A stretch of 18,246 nucleotides of DNA, taken from Pseudomonadota bacterium (GTDB lineage: Bacteria > Bdellovibrionota_B > Oligoflexia > Oligoflexales > CAIMVM01). Made by a program: the position numbers and the translations under genes. The notes under the pieces were generated by a model. That model did no database searches. It was given only the letters and a program-made list of their open reading frames with translations, and was not told where the DNA came from. The stretch lies in NCBI GenBank assembly GCA_037142195.1, contig JBAXBA010000074.1, positions 1 through 18,246 on the forward strand, given 5' to 3'. Of this stretch, positions 7,519 to 16,243 are shown in pieces (position 1 is the stretch's first letter; the number at the start of each line of letters is the position of its first letter).

Positions 7519-8325
7519 CTAGAAATCCTGGTATAGTAACGTTTTAAGCCAGAACCGATGATCTCCCGTTCTGTTAACACCTGAAGCATGAGCCACCAGA
7601 AGCGGTTTGGGATTGAATGCCAGCGAAAATCCTGCTTTTTGGAGCATGGGGATGTCATTGGCTCCATCGCCAATGGCCGCAGTAGCTTTGTTATCAATTC
7701 CCATGCTTGAAGCCACCTCTAGGAGGCGATCTCTTTTTCCAAAACTATTAAAACTAGATCCTACGAGGTTACCCGTGAGCTTGCCTCCTGACACTTCAAG
7801 GCGATTGGCTCTTACGGAAGTAAATCCCAGGGGAAGCAATAGGGGTATCGCTATTTCTTCAAATCCGCCAGTGACTACGTGGCATGGGATTTTCAAGTTT
7901 CGAGCAAGGCTTACAAATTCGGAAACCCCCGGAAATACAGTAAGGGAGTTTCGAATTTGGTCTAGGACGCTTTGATCTAAGCCTTTTAAAAGGGCGACTC
8001 TTTCTTTTAACGCTTGATCAAAATCAAGTTCACCGTTCATCGCTTTTTCTGTGATCTCGGAAACTTTTTCAGCTTGATTCGCGGCTCGGGCTAACTCCAC
8101 AATGCTCTCTTCCGCAACCAGGGTAGCATCCATGTCAAAAAATACAGCTTTAGGTAGGTGGTTCTTTTCTTTAACTAAAAAGCTGCCAGATTGAGCGAAC
8201 TGAGACCTTAAGAGTTCAATTGGGGAATGATCCGATTCATAAAAATAAAGATCCTGCTTGCGCTCGAATCTCTCCGCCTGATCTTTGAATTTATCTAAAG
8301 GACTGCTTGTCCAAATCTGCCACAT
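7519..8325 (-). CDS. serB: Phosphoserine phosphatase SerB (HAD family)
   Basis: FFDMDATL, ESIVELA, ITEKAMNGELDFDQALKERVALLKGL, VTGGF, K, IGDGANDIPML, AFNPKP. RBS GAGG favours ATG 8325. Confidence 0.93.
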   Translation of the reverse strand: MWQIWTSSPLDKFKDQAERFERKQDLYFYESDHSPIELLRSQFAQSGSFLVKEKNHLPKAVFFDMDATLVAEESIVELARAANQAEKVSEITEKAMNGELDFDQALKERVALLKGLDQSVLDQIRNSLTVFPGVSEFVSLARNLKIPCHVVTGGFEEIAIPLLLPLGFTSVRANRLEVSGGKLTGNLVGSSFNSFGKRDRLLEVASSMGIDNKATAAIGDGANDIPMLQKAGFSLAFNPKPLLVAHASGVNRTGDHRFWLKTLLYQDF

Positions 8326-8373
8326 AAAGTCCTCAGTCAAAAGGAGTCCTAGTTTTCTTATCAAATAAGATAA

Positions 8374-8398
8374 AGCCCACTATTCTACCTAGTGGGCT
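8374..8398 (-). terminator. Intrinsic terminator after the coiled-coil lipoprotein gene
   Basis: AGCCCACTA-N7-TAGTGGGCT perfect 9-bp stem with T-rich flanks, 29 bp after the stop. Confidence 0.7.
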
Positions 8399-8427
8399 CT
8401 TTTAATCAAGTTTGAAATGAACGGAAC

Positions 8428-9465
8428 TTAGCCAAATAAACCGCGATACATTTGTTTCATAAGATCAATGAGGTCTTTTTCTGCATTAAGAGACGTCGTT
8501 ATGAGGTCAAGAGCACCTGAAGAACCTCTTGTTTTGTCTAGTAAAGCTTGTTTCGTAGCTAAAAGCGCTTTGAGATTTGTAATGTTCGTATTGATGAGCG
8601 TCTGGGCTGCTGATGCGTTCGTCAGGCTTGTAATGAGGTTATTTAACGCTGTAAGATCTGCACCCTTAACACTTCCTGAAGCTTTAAGAGCCTGGAGACT
8701 TGTGATTGTAGCGGCTGTATCGGTAATGGCGCTTAAAGCCGCAAGGTTGCTTTTGAGAAGTGTGATCTCACCTTCAAGCACCACAATATCGTTGGTACCA
8801 AGGTCTGCGGCTAAATCAGTTTTTCTTTGTTCAATGAGTGCCTTCTTAGCGTCAAGAGCCTCAATAGTTCCCGTGTACACAAAGGATGTATCAATGGCAA
8901 AAGGTCTTTCCGAAGCCATAAAGTTACTGAGTCGTTCGCAGGTGGCTTTAACTGTTAGCAGCTGAGTAATCTGATCCTGAATGGCACCTAGTGCGGGAAC
9001 ATCGCCTCTCGAGTATGCTTCCAGCTCGGCCTTTCTGAGATCGTTTTCGTGATTTTCAAGTTCCAGAGACTTGAGTGTGCAATGGTGCTTCATGACCACG
9101 GTTCTCATCAATTCACGCACTTCTTTATCTTGATCTGAACTCGCAGAGTCCCAAAACTTTAGGTTGTCCAAAGCTGCCTTAATATTGGCTTGGGCAGCTA
9201 CCAATCTGGCATTGATATCTGTTTGTGCAGTATTTATCGAGCTTATTTGTTCATTCCAATTCGTAGATAGATCGTCTGGAATCTGGAAGTCCGGTTGACC
9301 TCCGCCTTGTGGCTCTGGAGCTGGTTTCAAAATGATGGGACCTGATGGGTTTCCGTCGGAAGAACCACCCATGGCTTTGGGTCCTATTTTCTTTTGATCT
9401 GAGTTACACCCGGCAGCGGCTAGGGTTGCGACAAGAACAGGCATAAGTAGGTATCGTGGCGTCAT
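8428..9465 (-). CDS. Coiled-coil lipoprotein of unknown function
   Basis: Lipobox AAGC, Pro/Gly linker, then long L/A/T/N-rich heptad helices. Strong RBS GGAGG. Confidence 0.85.
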   Translation of the reverse strand: MTPRYLLMPVLVATLAAAGCNSDQKKIGPKAMGGSSDGNPSGPIILKPAPEPQGGGQPDFQIPDDLSTNWNEQISSINTAQTDINARLVAAQANIKAALDNLKFWDSASSDQDKEVRELMRTVVMKHHCTLKSLELENHENDLRKAELEAYSRGDVPALGAIQDQITQLLTVKATCERLSNFMASERPFAIDTSFVYTGTIEALDAKKALIEQRKTDLAADLGTNDIVVLEGEITLLKSNLAALSAITDTAATITSLQALKASGSVKGADLTALNNLITSLTNASAAQTLINTNITNLKALLATKQALLDKTRGSSGALDLITTSLNAEKDLIDLMKQMYRGLFG

Positions 9466-9509
9466 AATAGGTCCTCCAAATAAAGGTCAAAGCCTCTAGG
9501 AAAGAACCA

Positions 9510-9525
9510 AGCAACAACTAAGCCA
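9510..9525 (-). promoter_or_regulatory. Sigma54 -24/-12 promoter
   Basis: Minus strand TGGCTTAGTTGTTGCT (GG-N10-GC with TTGC), 44 bp before ATG 9465. Confidence 0.7.
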
Positions 9526-9734
9526 ACCGCAAGGTGCTGGAAATTTTGAAGTTTATCGGCATCCCTAAATGGCTCATGCCTAGAAAACATGACATAGTGT
9601 CAATCTGTCGGACTGTATGGGAGAGTCGGGCTACTCAAGTTGCCCTAGAAATATGTGTGCTCAGACCACATCTTTGCTGGGGCGAGAGTTTTTGGGACTA
9701 GGAATTCCGGGAGGTCCTAATGGAGACCTAGATC

Positions 9735-11348
9735 TCAAATGAGGCGATTTTCAAAAGCCTTTCTTTCTAAAATCAAAAAGGCATTGAGGGAAATCTGCTC
9801 GTCTTCAAGAAGGCTGCTTACGAGTGCTTTGGCTTCCACGCGATCTAATCTGCCTTGCTTTACTAATAGGATTGCAGATTCACCAATCTCTAGGATCTCA
9901 TATTGATAATTATAAAGGCGCTTATATTGTCTGACCATTTCCAAAAGGGTCATATTCTTTATCTCTGGTTTTTTTTCGTACTCCGAATAGCGAAGGAGTG
10001 CTAGGACATCATCAAAGCGAATGGGCTCGTTTCTGGATTCTAATCTCTGTTTGGTTTCTTGAAAAGAAACCTTCATCCCTCGCTCTCTATCGGTAAAGCT
10101 CTGAAACACGGCATCCGCAGTCCAAGGGAGCGCAGACCCCCCGACAAAGGATTCATACTTTTGACCAATTTTTTGAAAAATCTGAGCCCAATCTTTTCTC
10201 GTTTCGGAGGCTGGACACCAGGACCCAGAAACCAAAAAATCAGGGTGCTCTATGGATTTAGCGGTACTAAGCGTAAAGGCAGGGGAAGGAAGACTTTCTA
10301 AACTCTGGCACCCTATCCATTGTCGAGCTGTAGTACAAGCCTCGTGACTCATGGAAAAGGCAGAAGAGGAATGAGCGGCAAGATTTAGGGAATTTTTACA
10401 CTCCAAGTAAAGCTCACCAAAGAAAGATTTGTCTTTATCAAGTACGGGAACTACGTGAGCGTTTAAAAACAACGGAGCTAGTTTTTTGGCTTTGCTGTAG
10501 CTCATTTTTTGGTCGATTTGGATAAAGTCAGAGGCTGCCCCTGAAGGATCAGATATGCCTTTTTTAAGTACCATAACAAGAGAAAATACACTGGATCCTT
10601 TGCCCTCATGAAGCACCGAAGACTTAGTTACATTGTCATTTCGTTTGACTGAGGAATGATGAATGCCAATCACTTTGCCTTGTTCGGTTACAATAGGGCT
10701 GCCGCTATTTCCTGGAAGGGTATAAGCCGATACAATGATGTGCCCGCGCTCGAGTCTAACGATGTTTCCAGAAGATATTTTTTTGAGACCTAGCCTCGGA
10801 TGACCAAGAACATAAATATTTTTCTTCAGAATCCCTCGTGGTTGGGAAGGCGAATCGAACTCTAGAGCGACCGGCACTTTTAAGGTCTTAAACGAACCAT
10901 CTTCAAACGCTTCTTTAAAACGGAAAAATGAAACATCGACATCCTGATCGGTTGCGACAGGTGTTAAAAACAATACTTTCTTCTGTGGTATTTTATTTTT
11001 TTCAAGATTGAAGACGGCATCCATATAACAGCCACTCACGGGGCAATTGGCAGGACCGGCTATATGATTGTTGGTCACTATGTAATTTTGTCCGTCAAAC
11101 GCCACAAAAAAACCAGTTCCCCCGCCAAGCTGGAAGACCGCAGGCGATAGGTCGCGAATGACTTTGGGTGCGAGGGCAATGTCACTAAAGGAATCAAATA
11201 CCGATGTTTCCTGACTCGCAAAAGGAAATGTCAATCCTTTGGGGGCCGAAAAGCCATGGGAGGCTAAAGTGAAAAGGAAGAATAAGAACGCCCCATGGGC
11301 TAATTTCTTTCGGTTCCAAAATGCAAATGATCGTAACTTAGGTTTCAT
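9735..11348 (-). CDS. Exported trypsin-like (S1/Trypsin_2) serine protease with unknown helical C-terminal region
   Basis: GTGF, IVTNNH (His), DVDVS (Asp), GHP, GNSGSP (Ser), VIGIH. Signal-peptide-like N-terminus. RBS AGGAGG. Confidence 0.88.
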   Translation of the reverse strand: MKPKLRSFAFWNRKKLAHGAFLFFLFTLASHGFSAPKGLTFPFASQETSVFDSFSDIALAPKVIRDLSPAVFQLGGGTGFFVAFDGQNYIVTNNHIAGPANCPVSGCYMDAVFNLEKNKIPQKKVLFLTPVATDQDVDVSFFRFKEAFEDGSFKTLKVPVALEFDSPSQPRGILKKNIYVLGHPRLGLKKISSGNIVRLERGHIIVSAYTLPGNSGSPIVTEQGKVIGIHHSSVKRNDNVTKSSVLHEGKGSSVFSLVMVLKKGISDPSGAASDFIQIDQKMSYSKAKKLAPLFLNAHVVPVLDKDKSFFGELYLECKNSLNLAAHSSSAFSMSHEACTTARQWIGCQSLESLPSPAFTLSTAKSIEHPDFLVSGSWCPASETRKDWAQIFQKIGQKYESFVGGSALPWTADAVFQSFTDRERGMKVSFQETKQRLESRNEPIRFDDVLALLRYSEYEKKPEIKNMTLLEMVRQYKRLYNYQYEILEIGESAILLVKQGRLDRVEAKALVSSLLEDEQISLNAFLILERKAFENRLI

Positions 11349-11368
11349 AAAACCTCCTAGGGACGGCC

Positions 11369-11398
11369 ACTATACTGAGTCCCTATCTAGAAAGTCAA
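11369..11398 (-). promoter_or_regulatory. Sigma70-type promoter of the trypsin-like gene
   Basis: Minus strand TTGACT-N18-TATAGT immediately upstream of the RBS. Confidence 0.55.
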
Positions 11399-11696
11399 AT
11401 TCATTTCGCAATTAGATATTAGGGTGAATTTCCTCTTATTATCAGGTAGATATCGGCTGCTTTCGCCGAGGATTTTTCTGTGAGAATGACGAGTTTCAAA
11501 TTGGAAATCTCTTTTAGAGACGTGGTTTAAAAAATGTATTAGGAAGTCCTAGCTCCGTAGTTATGGAATATACAAGGACTTGAAAATCAGGTTCTTTCAT
11601 TTTGGTAATTGTCGTATTCGAGATGGATACACTTATGGGGTGGTTCCAATAAATGATTTTATATGCACAAATGGGCACACAATAGTTCCGCAGATT

Positions 11697-13862
11697 TTAA
11701 GGATTGGGCTTCATGCGGATGAGCACGAGGCTCACGTCATCGTCTGCTTTTTTTCCGGTGGTGGCTTCGATCTTTCCCCATATATGTTCGTATAGCTTAG
11801 AAGCGGCATCACTCCATTCCCCCTGATAGGAGTCGATAAAAGATCGGTAGAGTCTTAAATTGTCGGTGATGGGAATGCCGTCCGAGTGAATGGTAAGCAA
11901 ATCGCCAGGGAACCAAGGATAGATTTTAAGTTTTGCCGGCAGAACTGGGGAATACCCAACAGGATTGAAGTGGGTTCTAAGTTGGAGAGGTCTTTCATTT
12001 CGCTTTTCAGTTGGATGATAGAGGGCCGACGGGTGGGAACAAGAGACCAAGTGAAGTTGGTGAGAGGGAACTTGAAACGTCACTCCTATCATGGTGCATG
12101 TATGCCGTCCCAAACCTTGTTTATAAAGGATATCATTCAAAGTATCCAGGTACTGAAGGCAAAAAGTAGGGTCTTCCAAAGCGTCATTTCGATACTTTTT
12201 AAAGCTATTGAGAACGGTCTTGCAGGCAGAAACAATGAGGGCTGCTTGCACTCCATGACCTGTGATATCACAAAGAACCACGTGAAGTAGGGAATGATCC
12301 TTGGAGTGTTCAAAGAAATACCAATCGCCGCTTGCCCCATCAAGACATCGATGAAATGCAGAAATTTCGAATTTTGGCCAGAGGGGAGGACTATCGGGTT
12401 GAAAGGCCTGTGCAATGATGGAAGCTTCTTCTTTTTCTTTGAGAAGAATTTTTTGGTTGAGATCAAGTAATGCATTTTCTTTTGCGATAAATTTTGCTTC
12501 CAAAATGACTTGTCGTGTAAATGCATCCTTTTCTTTTTCTACCCGAGAGCGAGTAGCAAGAACGGCCATTCCTAAGAAGGCACAGCTTATGGTGATGGGG
12601 AGCCAGTTAATGATTATGGACCCATAGGAAAAAAGGGCCAATCCGGCAATCGGAAACACAACCATAAGAACGCCCAGTCCTAACCAAGCAATCCAAGTGG
12701 GCGCCCATGCACATAAAAAGCCCGTAGCTGCAACCGCTGCGATTAAGAGATAGGGAGCGTGTACAACATTAAGCCATTCCCCCGTCAGCACAGAGTTGAG
12801 GACAGAACCAATGATCCACCCTCCAAACATGGATCCAAACGGCCCTGGTTTAAAGTCTGCTGATCCTGTAAACCCCTCGGGAATCAATAATACAGAGTCT
12901 CCTGGACTCAAAAAGTCCTCCCACTTTTGAGGTGGTGTCTCTTCTATACGGGTTAGGATGCCGTTTAAAGATCTTGTTATGTTTAGAAAGTCTTCAGGAT
13001 ATTTACCTACGTTAATCGATGTTCTTCCCCGATACATGGGGACGACCGAGTCATTGATTTTGAGATGTTCACCATCAAATGTAGTTTTCTGACCCATAAG
13101 AGCCAGATGGGGCAACATAGAGGATTCCCCATTTCTAAATAGGGGCGTGATAAAGCGCTCAGATTCATAAAAAATATGACCCACAGAAAAAAGCGGTAAC
13201 ATTTGGTATGTAGGTCCGTAGGCGTAGTATTTGAGCTTTTTAAGATCAGGCAGCTCTTCTAAAACACTTAACCCCGTGGTCTTTGAATTCTCTGTTCCAC
13301 CCACGATAAAGGGGGATGAATTGGGGAGCTCTGAGCGATATGCAATTTGATTTTTGGAAATCAAAGCTCCTACCGAGATCGGAGTCTTGATCTTTGAAAT
13401 TCTTTCTATAGCCAACTTGTCTTCCAAACTAGAACCAAAGCCAACGCCAAAAATTTGGTCGATGTAAATTCTTTCTGGCTGATGAAGGCTAATATATTCA
13501 AGGACTCTGGCCCATTCGAGCAAGCTTAAGGAGGGCTTATTAAGACGCGCTGCAACTTTGTCATCATAGAGAATAATTTTAAGTTTAGGACTTATTTTAA
13601 CATCACGCCCTAGCCAATGTCGGACTCTATACTCAACAGGAGAGCTCACTCGATCTGACAAAAGCTGGCCCCATTCAGACCTTGTCAAGAGGAGACCCAG
13701 AATTGTAAAAACAGCCGTGAATACCTGGGCAAAACGGTGAGTTTTTTGGGTCAATGCGACGATGGGACGGTGATTGTAAGCCTGTTCAAGCGAGCTATCG
13801 CTCGCCTCTACAGGTTTTATTGAGCTAGGTTTTAGCCGCGTGGGAGGATCTTCTTGTGCCAC
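11697..13862 (-). CDS. Membrane sensor: CHASE2 domain + three TM helices + PP2C/SpoIIE (RsbU-like) phosphatase
   Basis: N-terminal TM, CHASE2-like IILYDD...WARVL...IYIDQIF, three hydrophobic helices and a short coil. Then SGDWY, CDITGHGVQAAL, HSDG and DDVSLV. GTG start with GAGG RBS. Confidence 0.85.
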   Translation of the reverse strand: MAQEDPPTRLKPSSIKPVEASDSSLEQAYNHRPIVALTQKTHRFAQVFTAVFTILGLLLTRSEWGQLLSDRVSSPVEYRVRHWLGRDVKISPKLKIILYDDKVAARLNKPSLSLLEWARVLEYISLHQPERIYIDQIFGVGFGSSLEDKLAIERISKIKTPISVGALISKNQIAYRSELPNSSPFIVGGTENSKTTGLSVLEELPDLKKLKYYAYGPTYQMLPLFSVGHIFYESERFITPLFRNGESSMLPHLALMGQKTTFDGEHLKINDSVVPMYRGRTSINVGKYPEDFLNITRSLNGILTRIEETPPQKWEDFLSPGDSVLLIPEGFTGSADFKPGPFGSMFGGWIIGSVLNSVLTGEWLNVVHAPYLLIAAVAATGFLCAWAPTWIAWLGLGVLMVVFPIAGLALFSYGSIIINWLPITISCAFLGMAVLATRSRVEKEKDAFTRQVILEAKFIAKENALLDLNQKILLKEKEEASIIAQAFQPDSPPLWPKFEISAFHRCLDGASGDWYFFEHSKDHSLLHVVLCDITGHGVQAALIVSACKTVLNSFKKYRNDALEDPTFCLQYLDTLNDILYKQGLGRHTCTMIGVTFQVPSHQLHLVSCSHPSALYHPTEKRNERPLQLRTHFNPVGYSPVLPAKLKIYPWFPGDLLTIHSDGIPITDNLRLYRSFIDSYQGEWSDAASKLYEHIWGKIEATTGKKADDDVSLVLIRMKPNP

Positions 13863-13978
13863 AAAAACCTCAGTATCTTAGATACTTATCGTCGGATTGG
13901 GGCAAATCTCAAGTATTGAATATAGAGAAGCAGCCTTGAAAGCAGGCTATGTCTCTGATCTTCAACTGATAATAGGGA

Positions 13979-15475
13979 CTATTCAAAGTAACGCCAATCA
14001 AACGAACTGATGGGTCGCGTCACTGGAAAATCAAGGCTTTGGCGGCCATTTGCGCCGCGACAAAAAAATCTTGGGTTTCCAGGCATAACTTTTTGCCATG
14101 CTTCGTCACGAAGGGATTTCGTGAGCTTTTTATCAGACACAATTTTTTGAAAAAGAAAGTAAGAGTCTCGAGGCGTCCAAACTAGCTGATCTGCTAGTCT
14201 TTCCATTTTATAGAGTCCAAATCGGGGACAGTATCCATCAGCCCACTCCCAGTTGTCGGCAGTAGTCCAAAAAATATAGCCTTCGACAGGTACATGAGCT
14301 TGGAGCAATCTCGAAACCGCCCATAAATGCTCTGTGATGTATGCTGGTCTCAGCTTGTCACTAGCATCTGAGATTCCGTTTTCAGTAATCACCACGGGGA
14401 GGGGCTCAGTAATTCCATTACGAACTCTAAGTAACGAAATCTGTGTCCATAAATCTTTGCTAAGCGTGTACAGCCCTTTGGCATTGATACCTCGGCCAGA
14501 ATCTGAATACTCAAACCTTTCGTCAAGGGAAACAGAAGCGCCTGAAACATGCTCTTCGCCATAGTAATTGATACCTAGAAAATCTAAACTATCAAAAACA
14601 AGTTTTGGAAATTCCAAATTCATTTTCTGGGTCATGGTGGATGCCGCTATGCGATCGATAGGGGAATTGGGGGTATAGAGAGCTAGATTATGGGCAAGTC
14701 CCACGCGAGTTGGACCTCCTATGTTATCGATTCTATGAATGGCTTGATAGACTTCCCGATGAGCGGCAGCCATTCTCGCTTGAGTGGAATCGAAAATTCC
14801 TTTGAGCGGCCCCAAAGAAAAGATTCCTAATGGATTATAATGCTTACCGGGTGGAAAAATTCCACCCACATAAGTTAGCCCTACAAAGACAGAAGGTTCA
14901 TTAAAGGGAATCCAATCATCGACTAAATCCTTAAAACTTGAAGCACACGCTTCCGCAAATTTAAGAAACTCTACACGAGTTTTTTCATTTTTCCATCCAC
15001 CTTGCTCTTGTAACCATAGGGGAACCGAGTGATGAAAGAGCGAGAGCATAATCTTTAAGCCGCGAGCTCTGGCTAGAGACATGATCCATCTGTAGTGCTT
15101 TACAGCATCTTCTTCCAGTTGATAGGCATCTTTTTGTTCCCTTGGCACAAGCCTTCCCCAGTCCACTCCCATGCGGAAAACTGTCGCTCCGGATTCTTTT
15201 GCGATATCAAGTTCATGAGTGGGATTGCTCCAAAAACCGTTTCGAAACTCAGGCTGATTTTGATTCTTAAAACTCGCAACGTGTCCTTCCTCTGCAAATT
15301 TTAACCAGGAGTCGTTTAATTGGTCTTCTACATGCGCTGGTGCATTGGCTAGGCCGAAATAGAAGGATTCAGGAAAAGTATAGGTTTCCTCTGAAATAGC
15401 AGGGCGAGTCCTGGTATCATTTAGAAAACCAAGACTCATCAACAAGCAAATTGTAAAAAAGAAACTTTTATACAT
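13979..15475 (-). CDS. Glycoside hydrolase family 1, SFR2-like (candidate galactolipid hydrolase/transgalactosylase)
   Basis: Acid/base FNEP, nucleophile ITENG, LFHH, GINYY, DNWEWADGY. SFR2-type blocks FGLANAPAHVED, VFRMGVDW, EYSDSGRG and C-terminal LDxPxxRP...DWR. Hydrophobic N-terminus. Confidence 0.9.
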   Translation of the reverse strand: MYKSFFFTICLLMSLGFLNDTRTRPAISEETYTFPESFYFGLANAPAHVEDQLNDSWLKFAEEGHVASFKNQNQPEFRNGFWSNPTHELDIAKESGATVFRMGVDWGRLVPREQKDAYQLEEDAVKHYRWIMSLARARGLKIMLSLFHHSVPLWLQEQGGWKNEKTRVEFLKFAEACASSFKDLVDDWIPFNEPSVFVGLTYVGGIFPPGKHYNPLGIFSLGPLKGIFDSTQARMAAAHREVYQAIHRIDNIGGPTRVGLAHNLALYTPNSPIDRIAASTMTQKMNLEFPKLVFDSLDFLGINYYGEEHVSGASVSLDERFEYSDSGRGINAKGLYTLSKDLWTQISLLRVRNGITEPLPVVITENGISDASDKLRPAYITEHLWAVSRLLQAHVPVEGYIFWTTADNWEWADGYCPRFGLYKMERLADQLVWTPRDSYFLFQKIVSDKKLTKSLRDEAWQKVMPGNPRFFCRGANGRQSLDFPVTRPISSFDWRYFE

Positions 15476-15504
15476 GGGTGTCTCTGCTAGAGGAATTCCG
15501 AGGT

Positions 15505-15978
15505 TTAAACATCAGGGCTGCAGTCATATTTTATGTGGCAAGCATCAACGCCGCCGTTAAATTCGTTGATACAACGGTCGAGTATCTGCTCATTGCAACT
15601 GTACACTGGTATATCTTTCTTAAGATCACATCCTACTTTTGGGTAGCAAAGAGATTTTGACTTGTTGTACTGAAGACAAATTTTGAGATCGCTCATATTG
15701 CAAGGAGCTGCGATTTTTGGCTCAGTAACACCAGCATCTAATTTGCATGTGCCAGAATCCCAAACTTGACCTAGTTTTACACAATCGTCTTCGGTAATCA
15801 CTTCGTTGTCATCTACAACTTGACATTTTTTACCGTTCCACCGTTCTTTCGCTTCTGCATTGCATGTATGGGCCTGCAAGTCCTTATCTTTTTCAGCATC
15901 TGCTCTTACGCGCCTAGTTGAGGTGCAAGACTCAACAACAAAAGATAAAACAATGATACTTAAGATTCTCAGTTTCAT
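15505..15978 (-). CDS. Cys-rich repeat lipoprotein (157 aa)
   Basis: RBS GGAGG favours ATG 15978 (MKLRILSII). Lipobox VESC, two C-x6/7-W-x4-C repeats and two 4-Cys modules. Confidence 0.85.
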   Translation of the reverse strand: MKLRILSIIVLSFVVESCTSTRRVRADAEKDKDLQAHTCNAEAKERWNGKKCQVVDDNEVITEDDCVKLGQVWDSGTCKLDAGVTEPKIAAPCNMSDLKICLQYNKSKSLCYPKVGCDLKKDIPVYSCNEQILDRCINEFNGGVDACHIKYDCSPDV

Positions 15979-16007
15979 AAGTCCTCCCAAACAGACTCTG
16001 CTAGTTA

Positions 16008-16023
16008 TGCACAAATGGGGCCG
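16008..16023 (-). promoter_or_regulatory. Sigma54-like -24/-12 promoter
   Basis: Minus strand CGGCCCCATTTGTGCA (GG-N10-GC), 29 bp before ATG 15978. Weaker match than the other two sites. Confidence 0.5.
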
Positions 16024-16161
16024 GGAAGTCTTAGATTTTTTAGTCGTGATATTAGGTCTTTAGGGCGTTTCTTCCCAAGGCTTTGTTGGTCTAACCTCAT
16101 CAAGTTGTCTATAGTTTAGACGAATTAGAGGATTTTTGGGGCCGGACGAATTCACGGGAAT

Positions 16162-16207
16162 AGGGCTCTTATTTGCAAAAGTACCGCTGTTTGCAAATAA
16201 GAGCCCT
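16162..16207. terminator. Perfect 18-bp inverted repeat downstream of the receiver-TPR gene
   Basis: AGGGCTCTTATTTGCAAA-N10-TTTGCAAATAAGAGCCCT. Confidence 0.7.
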
Positions 16208-16243
16208 CCAAAAAAAAGAATTCCAAGCAAACTCGGGAAGAGC

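Noticed and set aside
11663..11676. 14-mer TATGCACAAATGGG also present in the sigma54-like site near 16006-16019
   Set aside because: The invariant -24 GG is GT here, no credible ORF follows, and one such match in 18 kb could be chance.
11580..11795. 71-aa plus-strand ORF in the gap after the PP2C gene
   Set aside because: Overlaps the PP2C 3' end antisense by ~100 bp and has no recognisable features.
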